Notes: a model not told the origin generated them from the letters alone. A DNA stretch of 64,000 nucleotides from an uncultured Bacilli bacterium (GCA_934190785.1 CAKPTA010000001.1:13514-77513); one strand, 5' to 3'. Numbered from the stretch's first letter, positions 18,095-29,829 are shown. Translations and numbers: made by a program.

Positions 18095-21000
18095 GTGGCT
18101 TATACGGTAAAAAAATTTGGAGATCATCGAGAAAGACGTAATTATGCAAAAACAAAAAACGCTATTGAATTAGGTAATTTACTAGAAATTCAAAAGAAAT
18201 CGTATGAATGGTTTATCACTGATGGAATCAAAGAAGTTATTGATGACATTTTTCCAGTTGAGAGCTTTACTGGAAATTTATCACTTGAATTTGGCGATTA
18301 TTCATTTGAAGAACCACGTTATTCGATAAAGGGTTGTAAAGAGAGAAGTGCAACTTATGCAGCACCTTTAAAAATTGAGGCTAGACTTTTTAACCAAGAA
18401 ACTGGTGAAGTAAAAGAGCAAGATATTTATTTAGGTGATATGCCGCTTATGACAGAAAGTGGAACATTTGTCATTAATGGTGCTGAACGTGTTATTGTAT
18501 CGCAATTAGTGCGTTCACCTAGTGCTTACTATGGAAAAGAAATTGATAAAAATGGACGTGTAGTAATCACTTCACAAATTATTCCTAACCGTGGTACATG
18601 GTTAGAGTACGAAACAGATGCAAGGGATATTGTATATGTTCGAATTGATAGAACAAGAAAGGTTCCAATTACAACATTGCTTAGAGCAATAGGACTTTCT
18701 AGTGATGAAGATATTATGGATTTATTTGGTGAAAATGAGTATCTAGAGAAGACAATTGCTAAGGATACTAATAAAAATACTGATGAATCTTTAATTGACA
18801 TTCATTCTAAACTTCGTCCAGGTGAACCATCTACACTTGATAGTGCTAAAAATCAATTAATCACAAGATTTTTTGATGCATTCCGTTATGATTTATCTAA
18901 AGTAGGACGTTATAAATTTAACCGTAAGTTAAATGTAAGTGATCGTCTTTTAGGGTGTACACTTGCTGAAAATATAAATGTAGGCGGTGAAGTTTTATAT
19001 AGTGCTGGTACTGTAATTGATAAAGATGCATTAGAGGGAATTAAAAAGATTTTAGCTGATGGATATGGTGTTCGTGAAGTATTAGTTAATAATGAACTTG
19101 ATTCTTATAATAAGATTCAAGAAATTAAAGTATATTCTAAAAAAGACAGTTCTAAAATTGTTAAAGTAATCGGAAATGATCAAACTATTACAGAAAAAAG
19201 ATTAACAATTTCTGATATTTATGCAAGTGTTTCTTATTATTTGAACTTACTTGAGGGAATTGGAAATTTTGATGAAATAGATCATTTGTCTAATCGTCGT
19301 GTAAGACAAGTAGGAGAGCTTTTACAAAATCAATTTAGAATTGGTATTTCAAGAATTGAACGTGTTATTCGTGATAGAATGTCTACACAGGAGATTACTG
19401 AAGTAACACCAAAATCATTAATTAATATAAGACCTCTTACAGCTGCTATTAAAGAATTTTTTGGAAGCAGCCAGTTGTCACAATTCATGGATCAAACAAA
19501 CCCAGTTGCAGAGCTTACAAATAAACGTCGTTTATCTAGCTTAGGGCCAGGTGGTCTATCTCGTGATAGAGCAGGTATGGAAGTTCGTGACGTTAATCCA
19601 TCTCACTATGGTAGACTTTGTCCAATTGAGTCTCCAGAAGGACCAAACATTGGACTTATTACATCACTTGCAAGTTATGCAAGAGTTAATGAATATGGAT
19701 TTATTATGACACCATATCGTAAAGTTAATAATAAAAAGTTAACAGATGAAATTGTTTATATGACTGCTGATGAAGAACTTGATTATTATATTTCACAAGC
19801 ATCTGTTGAAGTAAATGACAATGATGAAATTGTAGCAGATCGTGTTGCTGTTCGTTATCATGGAGATAATATTATCATTTCAACTGATAAGGTTGATTAT
19901 ATCGATGTTTCTCCACAACAAGTTGTATCAATTACAACAAGTGGAATTCCATTCTTGGAACATGATGATGGTAAACGTGCCCTAATGGGTGCTAACATGC
20001 AACGTCAAGCAATTCCATTATTAAAAGCAGAAGCGCCTCTTGTTGGTACTGGAGTTGAAGCTATAGCTGCAAGAGATTCTGGGGCTGTTATAATGGCTAA
20101 AGCTGATGGAGTTGTTGATTATGTTGATGCTAAAAAGATTTTAGTTAAAACAATGGGTGGTATGGATACATATTACTTAAATGGATATGAAAGAAGTAAT
20201 GCTGGTACTTGTTATCACCAAGTTCCAATTGTACGTACAGGTGATAAAGTAACAAAAGGTATGGTTATTGCTGATGGGCCTTCAACTGACAAAGGTGAAC
20301 TTGCCCTTGGAAAGAATGTAACAGTAGCATTCATGAACTTTAATGGATATAACTATGAGGATGCTGTTATCTTAAATGAAAGACTTGTTAAAGATGATGT
20401 TTATACATCAATTCATATTGAAGAATATCAAACTGAATGTCGTGATACAAAGCTTGGGCCAGAAGAATTTACACGTGATATACCAAATGTTGGAGAAGAT
20501 GCACGTAAGAATTTGGATGAAACAGGAATTGTTCGTATTGGTACAGAAGTAAAAGATGATGACATTTTAGTTGGTAAAGTAACACCAAAGGGAATGGCAG
20601 AGTTAACAAGCGAAGAAAAATTATTACATGCTATTTTTGGTGAAAAAACAAGAGAAGTACGTGATACATCCCTTCGTGTACCTCATGGTGGAGAAGGAAT
20701 TGTTCATGATGTTAAAATATTTACTAAAGAAAACACTGATGAACTTCCAGCAGGAGTTTCAAAGATTGTTCGTGTTTATATAGCACAAAAACGTAAAATT
20801 CAAGTTGGAGATAAGATGGCTGGTCGTCATGGTAATAAAGGTGTTATCTCACTTATCTTACCAGAAGAAGATATGCCATATTTACCAGATGGACGTCCTG
20901 TTGATATCTTATTAAACCCACTTGGAGTTCCATCTCGTATGAATATTGGACAGATTTTAGAGATGCATCTTGGTATAGCTGCAAAGAATTTAGGTATTTA

Positions 21001-21727
21001 TGTAGCAACACCAGTATTTGATGGTGCAACTCGTGAAGAGATTATTGATGCATTAAAAGAAGCTGGACTTCCAGAAGATGGAAAAACTGATTTATATGAT
21101 GGACGTACAGGAGAAAAATTTGATAATCGTGTAGCCGTTGGTGTTATGTATATGATCAAACTTCACCACATGGTTGATGATAAGTTACATGCTAGATCAA
21201 CTGGTCCTTACTCTTTAGTAACACAACAACCTCTAGGAGGAAAAGCTCAATTTGGTGGACAGAGATTTGGAGAAATGGAAGTTTGGGCTTTATATGCATA
21301 TGGAGCTGCTAATGTATTACAAGAAATGATGACTATTAAGTCAGATGACGTTGTTGGTCGTGTTAAAGTATATGAAGCATTAGTTAAGGGTACACCAATA
21401 CCAACATCAGGAGTACCAGAAAGTTTTAGAGTTTTAATTAAAGAATTCCAAGCTTTAGGTCTTGATATAACTGTTTTAAATAAAGATGGTGAATTTGTTG
21501 ACATGAAAGAATTAGAAGAAGCTGATGATGACATGTTACCAATGGATGGAATTGATTCTAAGGAAGCTTTACCAGAACCAGAAGAAAATATAGATAATTT
21601 AGAACCTGAAGGTGAAGATGAATTTGATTCATTAGATGATATTGATGATATTGATGCGTCTGACTTAGATGATGTAATGAAGTTAGAACGCACACTTGAT
21701 TTAGAGAATATGGAGGGAGAGGAATAA
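18095..21727 (+). CDS. rpoB: DNA-directed RNA polymerase subunit beta
   Basis: Full-length RpoB. The N-terminus '[19 protein letters not shown]' aligns to Bacillus 'LVQYGRHRQRRSYAR'. AGGGGTGA RBS before GTG 18095; the track ATG 18053 is upstream of the RBS. Confidence 0.9.
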   Translation: MAYTVKKFGDHRERRNYAKTKNAIELGNLLEIQKKSYEWFITDGIKEVIDDIFPVESFTGNLSLEFGDYSFEEPRYSIKGCKERSATYAAPLKIEARLFNQETGEVKEQDIYLGDMPLMTESGTFVINGAERVIVSQLVRSPSAYYGKEIDKNGRVVITSQIIPNRGTWLEYETDARDIVYVRIDRTRKVPITTLLRAIGLSSDEDIMDLFGENEYLEKTIAKDTNKNTDESLIDIHSKLRPGEPSTLDSAKNQLITRFFDAFRYDLSKVGRYKFNRKLNVSDRLLGCTLAENINVGGEVLYSAGTVIDKDALEGIKKILADGYGVREVLVNNELDSYNKIQEIKVYSKKDSSKIVKVIGNDQTITEKRLTISDIYASVSYYLNLLEGIGNFDEIDHLSNRRVRQVGELLQNQFRIGISRIERVIRDRMSTQEITEVTPKSLINIRPLTAAIKEFFGSSQLSQFMDQTNPVAELTNKRRLSSLGPGGLSRDRAGMEVRDVNPSHYGRLCPIESPEGPNIGLITSLASYARVNEYGFIMTPYRKVNNKKLTDEIVYMTADEELDYYISQASVEVNDNDEIVADRVAVRYHGDNIIISTDKVDYIDVSPQQVVSITTSGIPFLEHDDGKRALMGANMQRQAIPLLKAEAPLVGTGVEAIAARDSGAVIMAKADGVVDYVDAKKILVKTMGGMDTYYLNGYERSNAGTCYHQVPIVRTGDKVTKGMVIADGPSTDKGELALGKNVTVAFMNFNGYNYEDAVILNERLVKDDVYTSIHIEEYQTECRDTKLGPEEFTRDIPNVGEDARKNLDETGIVRIGTEVKDDDILVGKVTPKGMAELTSEEKLLHAIFGEKTREVRDTSLRVPHGGEGIVHDVKIFTKENTDELPAGVSKIVRVYIAQKRKIQVGDKMAGRHGNKGVISLILPEEDMPYLPDGRPVDILLNPLGVPSRMNIGQILEMHLGIAAKNLGIYVATPVFDGATREEIIDALKEAGLPEDGKTDLYDGRTGEKFDNRVAVGVMYMIKLHHMVDDKLHARSTGPYSLVTQQPLGGKAQFGGQRFGEMEVWALYAYGAANVLQEMMTIKSDDVVGRVKVYEALVKGTPIPTSGVPESFRVLIKEFQALGLDITVLNKDGEFVDMKELEEADDDMLPMDGIDSKEALPEPEENIDNLEPEGEDEFDSLDDIDDIDASDLDDVMKLERTLDLENMEGEE

Positions 21728-21728
21728 T

Positions 21729-24700
21729 ATGGATGTAAATAACTTTGAAGGGTTAAGAATATCAATCGCCTCTCCAGAGCGTATTCGCGAGTGGTCGCAT
21801 GGAGAAGTAAAAAAAGCTGAAACTATTAATTATCGTACTTTAAAACCAGAACGTGACGGTTTATACTGTGAGAAGATATTTGGACCAACTAAGGATTATG
21901 AATGTGCTTGTGGTAAATATAAGCGTCTTCGTTATAAGAACATTGTTTGTGATAGATGTGGAGTTGAAGTAACTCGTTCTAAAGTACGTCGTGAACGTAT
22001 GGGACATATTGAACTTGCAACACCTGTATCACACATTTGGTTCTTTAAGGGTATTCCATCTCGTATGGGACTTGTCCTAGATATGTCACCTAGGGATTTA
22101 GAGGAAGTATTATATTTTGTTTCTTATGTTGTTTTGGATCCAGGGGCAGCGCCTTTAGAGAAAAAACAAATAATTAGTGATAAAGAATATCGTGCTTACT
22201 ATGAAAAATATGGAAATACATTTAGAGTAGGTATGGGAGCAGAGGCAATTAAAGAGCTTTTGTGTCAAGTAGATATTCAAGGTGAAGTAGATGAAATTAA
22301 AAAGGAAATTGATGATATTAAAGATTCTACAAGCCAAAAGAGAATTCGTTTAATTAAACGTCTAGATGTATTAAATGCATTCTTAGAATCTGGAAATAAA
22401 CCAGAATGGATGGTTATGGATGTAATCCCAGTTATTCCACCAGAACTTAGACCTATGATTCAACTAGATGGTGGAAGATTTGCAACATCCGATTTAAATG
22501 ATTTATATCGCCGTGTTATTAACCGTAATAATCGTTTAAAGAAACTTATGGATTTAGGAGCTCCAAGCATTATTATTCAAAATGAAAAACGTATGCTTCA
22601 AGAAGCTGTTGATGCTTTATTTGATAATGGTAGACGTGGACGTAATATAACTGGTGCTGGAAATAGACCTCTTAAATCATTATCAAGTATGTTAAAAGGT
22701 AAACAAGGTCGTTTCCGTCAAAACTTACTTGGAAAACGTGTTGACTACAGTGGTCGTTCTGTTATCGTTGTTGGACCAACACTTAAAATGTATGAATGTG
22801 GTATTCCAAAGGAAATGGCATTGGAATTATTTAAACCACATGTTATAAATGGACTTGTATCCAAAGAAATTGCATCTAATATAAAAGCTGCTAAGAAAAT
22901 GATTGATAATCAAGATGAAAGAGTATGGGATATTGTTGAGGAAAAGATTAAGGAACATCCGGTATTACTTAACCGTGCACCTACACTTCATAGACTTGGT
23001 ATTCAAGCATTTGAGCCAAAATTAATTGGTGGTAAGGCAATTCGTTTGCATCCGCTTGTTTGTACAGCATTTAATGCTGACTTTGATGGAGACCAAATGG
23101 CTGTCCATGTACCAATTAGTGAGGCTGCACAAGCTGAAGCACGTATTTTGATGTTAGGAGCTAATAACATCTTGAAACCATCTGATGGTACACCAATTGT
23201 TACACCAGGACAAGATATTATTTTGGGTAACTATTATATAACTATTGAAGAAGCAGGACTTCCAGGTGAAGGTAGAGTATTCAAAAGTCCAGATGAAGTA
23301 TTAATGGCTTATGAAAGAAGAGAAATTACATATCATACTCGTATTGCCCTTCCTGCAAAATCATTTAAACACAAAGTATTCCCTGATTCATACATGGATA
23401 AATATTTTGTTACAACAGCTGGTAAAATTAGATTTAATGAAATTTTCCCTGATACTTTCCAATTTATAAATGAAGGTACAGATGAAAATATAACAGGAAT
23501 CACTCCAAGTAAGTATTTCTTACCAATGGGTTCTAATATTCCTGAAGAAATTGCTAAAATGGAATTGGTTAAACCATTTGGTAAAAAGATATTAACAAAA
23601 TTAATTGCTCAAATCTATAAGAAATATCAAACAACTGAAACATCTGTTGTGCTTGATAAGATGAAGGATTTAGGATATAAAGAATCAACTATATCTGGTA
23701 TTTCAATTAGTATTGGTGATATTCTTCTTGCTCAACATAAAGAAGAAACATTAGCTGACGCTAATAAGTTAGTAGAACAAATTAATAAGCAATATCGTCG
23801 TGGTTTAATTACTGACCGTGAAAGATATGAAAATGTTGTTCAAACTTGGACAACTGCTACTAATAAGATTGCAGATGAATTATCTGGTATTATTAAGGGT
23901 AATAAAACTAATTCAATTTCAATGATGATTGACTCTGGTGCCCGTGGTAATATGTCACAATATAACCAAATGGCAGGTATGCGTGGATTAATCCTAAAAC
24001 CAACTGGAGAACCTGTTGAAATTCCAATTACATCTTCATTTGTTGAAGGTTTGTCAGTTAGTGAATTCTTCATGGGTACACATGGTACTCGTAAAGGAGC
24101 CGTTGATACAGCCTTAAAAACAGCCGATGCTGGATACTTAACAAGACGTCTTGTTGATGTTGCTCAAGATATTATTATCAAAGAAGAAGATTGTGGAACA
24201 GATGATGGTGTTGTTGTAGAAGCATTTACTAATGCTGATGGAACAATAATAGAGTCATTTAAAGAAAGAATTGTTGGTCGTTATACATCAAAACGTGTTA
24301 TCGATCCAAATACTAAAGAAGTTATTGTAGATAGAAATACATATATTACAGAAAACTTAGCAGATAAAATTGAAGCTGCAGGTATTAGTAAGATTGCAAT
24401 TCGTACAGTTCTAACATGTAAGAGTGAACATGGTGTATGTAAACATTGTTATGGACGTAACTTAGCTACTGGTCACATTGTAGAAATTGGAGAAGCTGTT
24501 GGTATTATGGCTGCTCAATCAATCGGTGAACCAGGTACACAGCTTACAATGCGTAACTTCAATACTGGTGGAGTTGCCGGTGGAGATGATATTACACAAG
24601 GTTTACCTCGTGTTACAGAATTATTTGAAGCTCGTAATCCAAAAGGAAAAGCAACTATTTCAGAAATTAATGGTGTTGTAAGCAAGATTGAAGAACAAAA

Positions 24701-25364
24701 TGGTAAATTTGTAATTAGTGTTAAAAATGATGTTGAAGTTAGGGAACATACTTCAAATTATGGGGCTAAGATAGCTGTTAGTCTAAATGAAGAAATTCGT
24801 GCTGGACAACGTTTAACACATGGTGCAATTTCACCTAAAGAATTACTTACAGTAACAGATCCAATTACTGTTCAACAATATATTTTACTTGAAATTCAAA
24901 AGGTTTACCGTAGTCAAGGTGTTGATGTTTCTGATAAACACGTTGAAATTATGGCACGCCGTATGATTTCTAAGATAAAGATTATATCAAGTGGAGATAC
25001 ATTATTCTTACCAGGTACAATGGTAAATATAAATCATTTCACAGATGTTAATAAAGAATTAATTCTAGAAGGAAAAACTCCTGCAACAGGACGTCCAGTA
25101 CTTTTAGGTATTACTAAAGCATCTTTAGAAACTGATTCATTCTTATCAGCTGCATCATTCCAAGAAACAACTCGTATCTTAACTGATGCTGCAATTCATG
25201 GTAAAGTTGATCATTTAAATGGATTAAAAGAAAATGTTATTATTGGTAAATTAATTCCAGCAGGAACTGGTGCTAGAAGATATCGTGATGTTGATTATTC
25301 ACTAGAAACACCACTTGCTTCGGAAGAACCACTTGAGGCTTTAGAACAAGAGCTTATGGATTAA
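21729..25364 (+). CDS. rpoC: DNA-directed RNA polymerase subunit beta'
   Basis: Zn-finger '[23 protein letters not shown]' and catalytic '[12 protein letters not shown]'. Confidence 0.95.
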   Translation: MDVNNFEGLRISIASPERIREWSHGEVKKAETINYRTLKPERDGLYCEKIFGPTKDYECACGKYKRLRYKNIVCDRCGVEVTRSKVRRERMGHIELATPVSHIWFFKGIPSRMGLVLDMSPRDLEEVLYFVSYVVLDPGAAPLEKKQIISDKEYRAYYEKYGNTFRVGMGAEAIKELLCQVDIQGEVDEIKKEIDDIKDSTSQKRIRLIKRLDVLNAFLESGNKPEWMVMDVIPVIPPELRPMIQLDGGRFATSDLNDLYRRVINRNNRLKKLMDLGAPSIIIQNEKRMLQEAVDALFDNGRRGRNITGAGNRPLKSLSSMLKGKQGRFRQNLLGKRVDYSGRSVIVVGPTLKMYECGIPKEMALELFKPHVINGLVSKEIASNIKAAKKMIDNQDERVWDIVEEKIKEHPVLLNRAPTLHRLGIQAFEPKLIGGKAIRLHPLVCTAFNADFDGDQMAVHVPISEAAQAEARILMLGANNILKPSDGTPIVTPGQDIILGNYYITIEEAGLPGEGRVFKSPDEVLMAYERREITYHTRIALPAKSFKHKVFPDSYMDKYFVTTAGKIRFNEIFPDTFQFINEGTDENITGITPSKYFLPMGSNIPEEIAKMELVKPFGKKILTKLIAQIYKKYQTTETSVVLDKMKDLGYKESTISGISISIGDILLAQHKEETLADANKLVEQINKQYRRGLITDRERYENVVQTWTTATNKIADELSGIIKGNKTNSISMMIDSGARGNMSQYNQMAGMRGLILKPTGEPVEIPITSSFVEGLSVSEFFMGTHGTRKGAVDTALKTADAGYLTRRLVDVAQDIIIKEEDCGTDDGVVVEAFTNADGTIIESFKERIVGRYTSKRVIDPNTKEVIVDRNTYITENLADKIEAAGISKIAIRTVLTCKSEHGVCKHCYGRNLATGHIVEIGEAVGIMAAQSIGEPGTQLTMRNFNTGGVAGGDDITQGLPRVTELFEARNPKGKATISEINGVVSKIEEQNGKFVISVKNDVEVREHTSNYGAKIAVSLNEEIRAGQRLTHGAISPKELLTVTDPITVQQYILLEIQKVYRSQGVDVSDKHVEIMARRMISKIKIISSGDTLFLPGTMVNINHFTDVNKELILEGKTPATGRPVLLGITKASLETDSFLSAASFQETTRILTDAAIHGKVDHLNGLKENVIIGKLIPAGTGARRYRDVDYSLETPLASEEPLEALEQELMD

Positions 25365-25390
25365 AAACTAGGTTATTCCTAGTTTTTTTG
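25364..25390 (+). terminator. rho-independent terminator of the rpoBC operon
   Basis: CTAGGttattCCTAG hairpin followed by T7. Confidence 0.7.
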
Positions 25391-25471
25391 TTATATTTTG
25401 GTAATTTAATTGACATAGAATTGTTAAAAAGTTATAATAAAAGTGTAATATTAACACAAAGGAGTTTTAAT

Positions 25472-26137
25472 ATGAACGCTGAAATGAAGTATATGAATGA
25501 ACTTGAAGTTTTAATTAATTTATTTACTATTGAAAAAGGAGTTTTAAAAGTCTTACTTGTAAGAAGAGATATTGAGCCATACAGAGGATATTGGATGCTT
25601 CCAACAGGTCTTTTACTTTCAAATGAAACAATAGAGGAGTGTTCAAGAGAAGTTTTGTATGAATGGCTTGGACTTAAAGATATTCATCTTGAAAATTGTG
25701 GTATATATAGTGAACTTAAGCGTATCCCAGTTGAGAGAGTAATAGGATCGTCACTTACAGGAATAATTGATATTGATAGTTTTAATATTAAAAGAAAGAA
25801 AAATATTGAATCATTTGCGTGGTTTTCCGTTGATGAAATACCAAAGGTTGTTTATGATCATGATCAAATAATTATGGATGCTAGTAAATACATAAGAAAA
25901 AGACTTCGTCAAATTGATTTCTTAAAACATTTATTTCCAAGTGATTTTACGCTTCCTGAACTTCAAATGACTTATGAACAAATTATAGGTAAATCTCTAG
26001 ATAGAAGGAATTTCAGAAAGAAGATAATTAGTTTAGATATATTAGAAGATACTAAATATAAAAATGAAGAAACTAATGGAAGACCAGCAAAATTATATCG
26101 TTTTAAAGATGAAATAGAGGGGGAGATGATGTTTTAA
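25472..26137 (+). CDS. NrtR-like Nudix-related transcriptional regulator (degenerate Nudix domain + C-terminal winged helix)
   Basis: Nudix box-like 'GLLLSNETIEECSREVLYEWLGL' with an insertion in REUXEE; C-terminal 'RRNFRKKI…GRPAKLYRF' wHTH. AAGGAG RBS before ATG 25472. Confidence 0.55.
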   Translation: MNAEMKYMNELEVLINLFTIEKGVLKVLLVRRDIEPYRGYWMLPTGLLLSNETIEECSREVLYEWLGLKDIHLENCGIYSELKRIPVERVIGSSLTGIIDIDSFNIKRKKNIESFAWFSVDEIPKVVYDHDQIIMDASKYIRKRLRQIDFLKHLFPSDFTLPELQMTYEQIIGKSLDRRNFRKKIISLDILEDTKYKNEETNGRPAKLYRFKDEIEGEMMF

Positions 26138-26583
26138 TGCGATTAAATGAAAAAGGTTTTGAACTTTCAACTATGTTAGCATTTTGTCTTTGCTTTTGTT
26201 TATGTCTTATTTTTGTAGCAGTTTCATATAATCAAAAACTTTCTACTAATACACCTATTAAGAATAATAATACAGTAAGCAAAAGTGATAATGATACTAA
26301 TAAAATTCAAACAACAACTAAGGATTCTTCTAAATATCAAGAGATTGAACAGGCTTTAGCTAAAGAAATAGAAGATAGTATCGGAGATAAGGTTTCATAT
26401 GGGAAGCTTATTATTTCTAATGATAATATTAAAAGTAATTTTGAATCTTTATGGAAAGAGTATACTGAACTTAAAGATTGTACAGGATATGCTATTATAG
26501 ACGCTGATAAAAAAGAAACAAAGGTTTATTTAAACTGCTATAAAAATTATCAAACACAAAATTATAACATTGATTTTGAATAA
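26137..26583 (+). CDS. hypothetical exported/membrane-anchored protein
   Basis: N-terminus 'MRLNEKGFELSTMLAFCLCFCLCLIFVAV' is pilin-like plus TM; the start codon overlaps the preceding stop. Confidence 0.45.
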   Translation: MRLNEKGFELSTMLAFCLCFCLCLIFVAVSYNQKLSTNTPIKNNNTVSKSDNDTNKIQTTTKDSSKYQEIEQALAKEIEDSIGDKVSYGKLIISNDNIKSNFESLWKEYTELKDCTGYAIIDADKKETKVYLNCYKNYQTQNYNIDFE

Positions 26584-26598
26584 AAAGTCATCATATTA

Positions 26599-26627
26599 TT
26601 GACAACAAGCTGGATATAATGTAAAAT
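26599..26627 (+). promoter_or_regulatory. promoter for tRNA-Ser
   Basis: TTGACA, 17 nt, TAAAAT, ending 13 nt before the tRNA 5' end. Confidence 0.5.
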
Positions 26628-26640
26628 TATATTCGTAGCT

Positions 26641-26731
26641 GGAGACATACTCAAGAGGCTGAAGAGGCGCCCCTGCTAAGGGTGTAGGTCGGGCAACTGG
26701 CGCGAGGGTTCAAATCCCTCTGTCTCCGCCA
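26641..26731 (+). tRNA. tRNA-Ser (anticodon GCU), CCA encoded
   Basis: Acceptor stem GGAGACA/TGTCTCC. Anticodon stem CGCCC/GGGTG with loop CUGCUAA. Long variable arm, T-loop GGTTCAAATCC, 3' GCCA. Confidence 0.85.
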
Positions 26732-26741
26732 TTTATGATAT

Positions 26742-26777
26742 AAACGAATTTTATAATTCGTTTTTATTTTTTTATTT
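26742..26777 (+). terminator. rho-independent terminator after tRNA-Ser
   Basis: AAACGAATTttatAATTCGTTT hairpin plus T-rich tract. Confidence 0.65.
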
Positions 26778-26839
26778 TGATAAATTATAGTTTAGGCAAG
26801 AAAATAGATGCTCCATATATTAAAGTAAGGAGGTATTTT

Positions 26840-27433
26840 ATGTCATTAAAAAAATGTGCTGAAATAGAAAAAAATGCTAAAATTAAAAATAAATTATTAA
26901 ATATTGGCATTGGATATCCAATAATAGGTCCAACAGGACCAAGAGGTGAAGCAGGTCAAAGAGGAGAAAAGGGTGAAAAAGGTGATAAAGGAGATCCTGG
27001 AGTAGATGCTGTTGCTTCAAATGATGGAATTTTTTTCACAAGTTTTGTAGAAACTGATACATCAGAAAAGATGACTTTTCAAGACTCTTGGTTTGTACCA
27101 AATAAAACAGAATTTTTTCAAATATTAAATGATAGTGATGTACAGGTAAAAGCTGGTATTTATGAACTAGCCTTTTCAGGGTTAATAGAACAAGCAGATG
27201 ATACTCATGGAGCTCAAGTTTATCTTCAAACTAGCGAAGGCGAAGCGGTTCACGATTTAACATTTAAGTTGGAAGGTGGAAGTGGAAAACAATTGTCATT
27301 TTCACAGACAATATTGTTTAGATTTGAAAAAGATACAATATTGCAAGTGATGGCAAATATATTAGGTGATGAAGATACATCTGATATTATTATATCTGAT
27401 GTTAATTTACTCATGAAAAAAATTCATGAATAA
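26840..27433 (+). CDS. collagen-like (G-x-y)n repeat protein with C-terminal BclA/C1q-like globular domain
   Basis: 'GPTGPRGEAGQRGEKGEKGDKGDPG' triple-helix repeats followed by a roughly 140-aa beta-rich domain; AAGGAGG RBS before ATG 26840. Confidence 0.7.
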   Translation: MSLKKCAEIEKNAKIKNKLLNIGIGYPIIGPTGPRGEAGQRGEKGEKGDKGDPGVDAVASNDGIFFTSFVETDTSEKMTFQDSWFVPNKTEFFQILNDSDVQVKAGIYELAFSGLIEQADDTHGAQVYLQTSEGEAVHDLTFKLEGGSGKQLSFSQTILFRFEKDTILQVMANILGDEDTSDIIISDVNLLMKKIHE

Positions 27434-27465
27434 ATTTATACGAATAGTCCAGGTACACCCACACG

Positions 27466-27501
27466 CCACTTGACAAGTGGGGGTGGGGTGTATGCTAAAA
27501 T
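27466..27501 (+). promoter_or_regulatory. putative promoter/operator upstream of the pilin-like gene
   Basis: Perfect inverted repeat CCACTTG-a-CAAGTGG (27466..27480) overlaps a TTGACA hexamer (27470..27475). TAAAAT at 27496, but spacing to −35 is non-canonical. The surrounding segment is unusually GC-rich. Confidence 0.35.
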
Positions 27502-27529
27502 ACACTTTAGAATAGAGGTGTATTTTTTT

Positions 27530-29122
27530 ATGAAAAAGAAAGGTTTTACGCTTATAGAATTACTTGCCGTAATAGTTGTTCTAGCAGTAGTCACATTAAT
27601 ATCAATGCCACTAGTATTAAATACAATAGATAAGGCAAAGAAAGGTGCAGCTATAGAATCAGCTAATGGTGTTATATCAGCAGCTGAGAATAAATACATG
27701 AGTAGTATGATAACAGGAGATAAAGATACAAGATTTGATTTTCCAAGTGATACCAAGTTATCAATCAAAGGAACAAGACCAACAAGTGGAACAGTTGTCG
27801 TTGATAAGAAAGGTAATATAAGTGCTACTTTAGAAATAAATGGATACTGCATAGAAAAGACGTTTCTTGAAACATCACCAAAAGTAATAGAAAAAAGTCC
27901 ATGTACAATTAGTGATAGTGAGCTTTTTGAAGCAGAAAAATATAAAGATTCTGTTTTAAATGGAGCAGACCCTGTTATAAATAGTGACTTAGTAGCAGTA
28001 ACAATAGAAAATGATGGAACAGTAAAAAAAGCCGATATCAAAAAAGAATGGTATAACTATAAAAATAAAGTATGGGCCAATGCGATTATTCTAAAAGATA
28101 AAACAATAAACTATGAAGATAATGAAGTAATACCAGAAAGTAATATTGAATCATATTTTGTATGGATACCAAGATATAAATATAGAATATTTAATGAAGG
28201 AAATTATACAAACTATATAGAAGGAAAACCAGAAAGTTCAAGTAAACCAGATACAATAGAAATAGTATTTGAAGATAAAAACACAAGTGTATCAAAAGGA
28301 AGTAAAGTAGGAGAATACTTAACACATCCAGCCTTTACAAGTTTTGAAAGTAATGGATTTTGGATGGGAAAATTTGAAGTAACAGGAAGTACAAGTAATA
28401 TAACAGTAAAACCAAATAATACATCACTTCGAAATATAAATGTAAAATCAATGTTTGAGCTAGCTTACAATTATAATAGAAATTTAGATAGTCATATGTT
28501 AAAAAATACTGAATGGGGAGCAGCTACATACTTATCATATTCAGTATATGGAATAAATGATGAAGTAAATATAAATAATAATAGTAACTTTGTAACAGGA
28601 TATAGTGCGGTTTCTGGAACAGATCAAAGTAGTTATCCTGGAATATATGGAACCGCATCAAATATAACACTTGCATATAATACAGAAACAGGATATAGGG
28701 CAAGTACAACAGGAAATATAAGTGGAGTATACGATATGAGTGGAGGAGCATGGGAATACATGGCTTCATATGTAAAAGATACATATAAAGATAGTGGTTT
28801 TGATGCATCCTCAATATCTAAGTATAATTCAAAATACTTTGATGTTTATCCAAGTCCAAGTGGATGGACAAGCTATAACAAACGAATTTTAGGAGATGCA
28901 ACGGGAGAGATGGGACCATTCTATTATTACAAAGAAAAAGATGAAACTAGTAGAATACATAACTCTTGGTTTGGTGTCTCCTCTGACTTCGTTGTCGCTT
29001 CTTACCCTTGGTTCGGTCGCGGAGGCCGTTACACTGGCGGCGTTCTTGCAGGTCAGTCGGGCTTCGGTAGGTTCACTGGTGGTGCGCTCGGTTGGGGTGG
29101 CTTCCGCCTCGCTCTTACATAA
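27530..29122 (+). CDS. type IV pilin-like protein with large C-terminal domain (prepilin-type N-terminal cleavage/methylation signal)
   Basis: 'MKKKGFTLIELLAVIVVLAVVTL' class-III signal peptide. 530-aa body rich in N/T/S/Y. Gly/Arg-rich C-terminal tail. AGAGGTG RBS. Confidence 0.7.
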   Translation: MKKKGFTLIELLAVIVVLAVVTLISMPLVLNTIDKAKKGAAIESANGVISAAENKYMSSMITGDKDTRFDFPSDTKLSIKGTRPTSGTVVVDKKGNISATLEINGYCIEKTFLETSPKVIEKSPCTISDSELFEAEKYKDSVLNGADPVINSDLVAVTIENDGTVKKADIKKEWYNYKNKVWANAIILKDKTINYEDNEVIPESNIESYFVWIPRYKYRIFNEGNYTNYIEGKPESSSKPDTIEIVFEDKNTSVSKGSKVGEYLTHPAFTSFESNGFWMGKFEVTGSTSNITVKPNNTSLRNINVKSMFELAYNYNRNLDSHMLKNTEWGAATYLSYSVYGINDEVNINNNSNFVTGYSAVSGTDQSSYPGIYGTASNITLAYNTETGYRASTTGNISGVYDMSGGAWEYMASYVKDTYKDSGFDASSISKYNSKYFDVYPSPSGWTSYNKRILGDATGEMGPFYYYKEKDETSRIHNSWFGVSSDFVVASYPWFGRGGRYTGGVLAGQSGFGRFTGGALGWGGFRLALT

Positions 29123-29147
29123 AAACTGTATTATACAGTTTTTTTGA
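29123..29147 (+). terminator. rho-independent terminator
   Basis: AACTGTATtATACAGTT hairpin plus T6. Confidence 0.65.
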
Positions 29148-29187
29148 TATTAAATAATTTAAATCATATTCTATTATTGGTGATAAT

Positions 29188-29829
29188 ATGTTTATAGCAC
29201 ATAGGGGTCTTAACAATCATAAATATGGAGAAAATTGTATGGATGGTATTTTAGATAGTTTAGATAAAAATTATATATCTGGGATAGAATGTGATTTAAG
29301 ATTAACTAAAGATAATAAAATTGTCTTACTTCACAATATGCTTATAGATAGAGTTAGTAATGCAAGTGGTTTTGTTTATAAAAAAAATTTGGATGATTTA
29401 TTATCATACCAATTTCATTCTGGAAAAATAACCGTTTTATCTGATTTGTTATCTAAAATTAATAATAATAAGATATTACTCCTTGAAATAAAGGAAGAGA
29501 GAAATGTTATCAGTGAATGGGTTGTTGCAATCGAAAGTATTCTTAAAAACTATTCTGATCTTAATATTTATCTTTGTAGTTTTAATTATAATTTATTAAA
29601 AAACTTAAAAAATAGGTTTAAAAATATTAAGATGGGTTTAATTGTTGGATATAGTATGAATAAGAGTAAAGATTTATCTTTATTTGATTTTGTTATGTAT
29701 CATTATAATAGTTTTAAATATACACATAAAATGAGTATGGTATTTACTATTAATGATTTTTCTTTGAAAGAAAAATATAAAAAAAGAGTAGATTATATTA
29801 TTACGGATGTTGCTTATAAATTAGTATAA
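29188..29829 (+). CDS. glycerophosphodiester phosphodiesterase family protein
   Basis: 'FIAHRGL' N-terminal GDPD motif and 'ECDLRLTKD'. Confidence 0.65.
   Translation: MFIAHRGLNNHKYGENCMDGILDSLDKNYISGIECDLRLTKDNKIVLLHNMLIDRVSNASGFVYKKNLDDLLSYQFHSGKITVLSDLLSKINNNKILLLEIKEERNVISEWVVAIESILKNYSDLNIYLCSFNYNLLKNLKNRFKNIKMGLIVGYSMNKSKDLSLFDFVMYHYNSFKYTHKMSMVFTINDFSLKEKYKKRVDYIITDVAYKLV

Noticed and set aside
26599-26731. Extending the tRNA-Ser call to a tRNA-Leu or tmRNA-like element because of the long variable arm.
   Set aside because: The anticodon loop CUGCUAA gives GCU (Ser). A 91-nt length with a long extra arm is standard for tRNA-Ser, and there is no tag-peptide reading frame.
27470-27529. 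Track ORF start 27470 for the pilin-like gene (MTSGGGVYAK… prefix).
   Set aside because: That codon is TTG within the promoter palindrome. ATG 27530, with an AGAGGTG RBS, yields the canonical MKKKGFTLIE prepilin leader.
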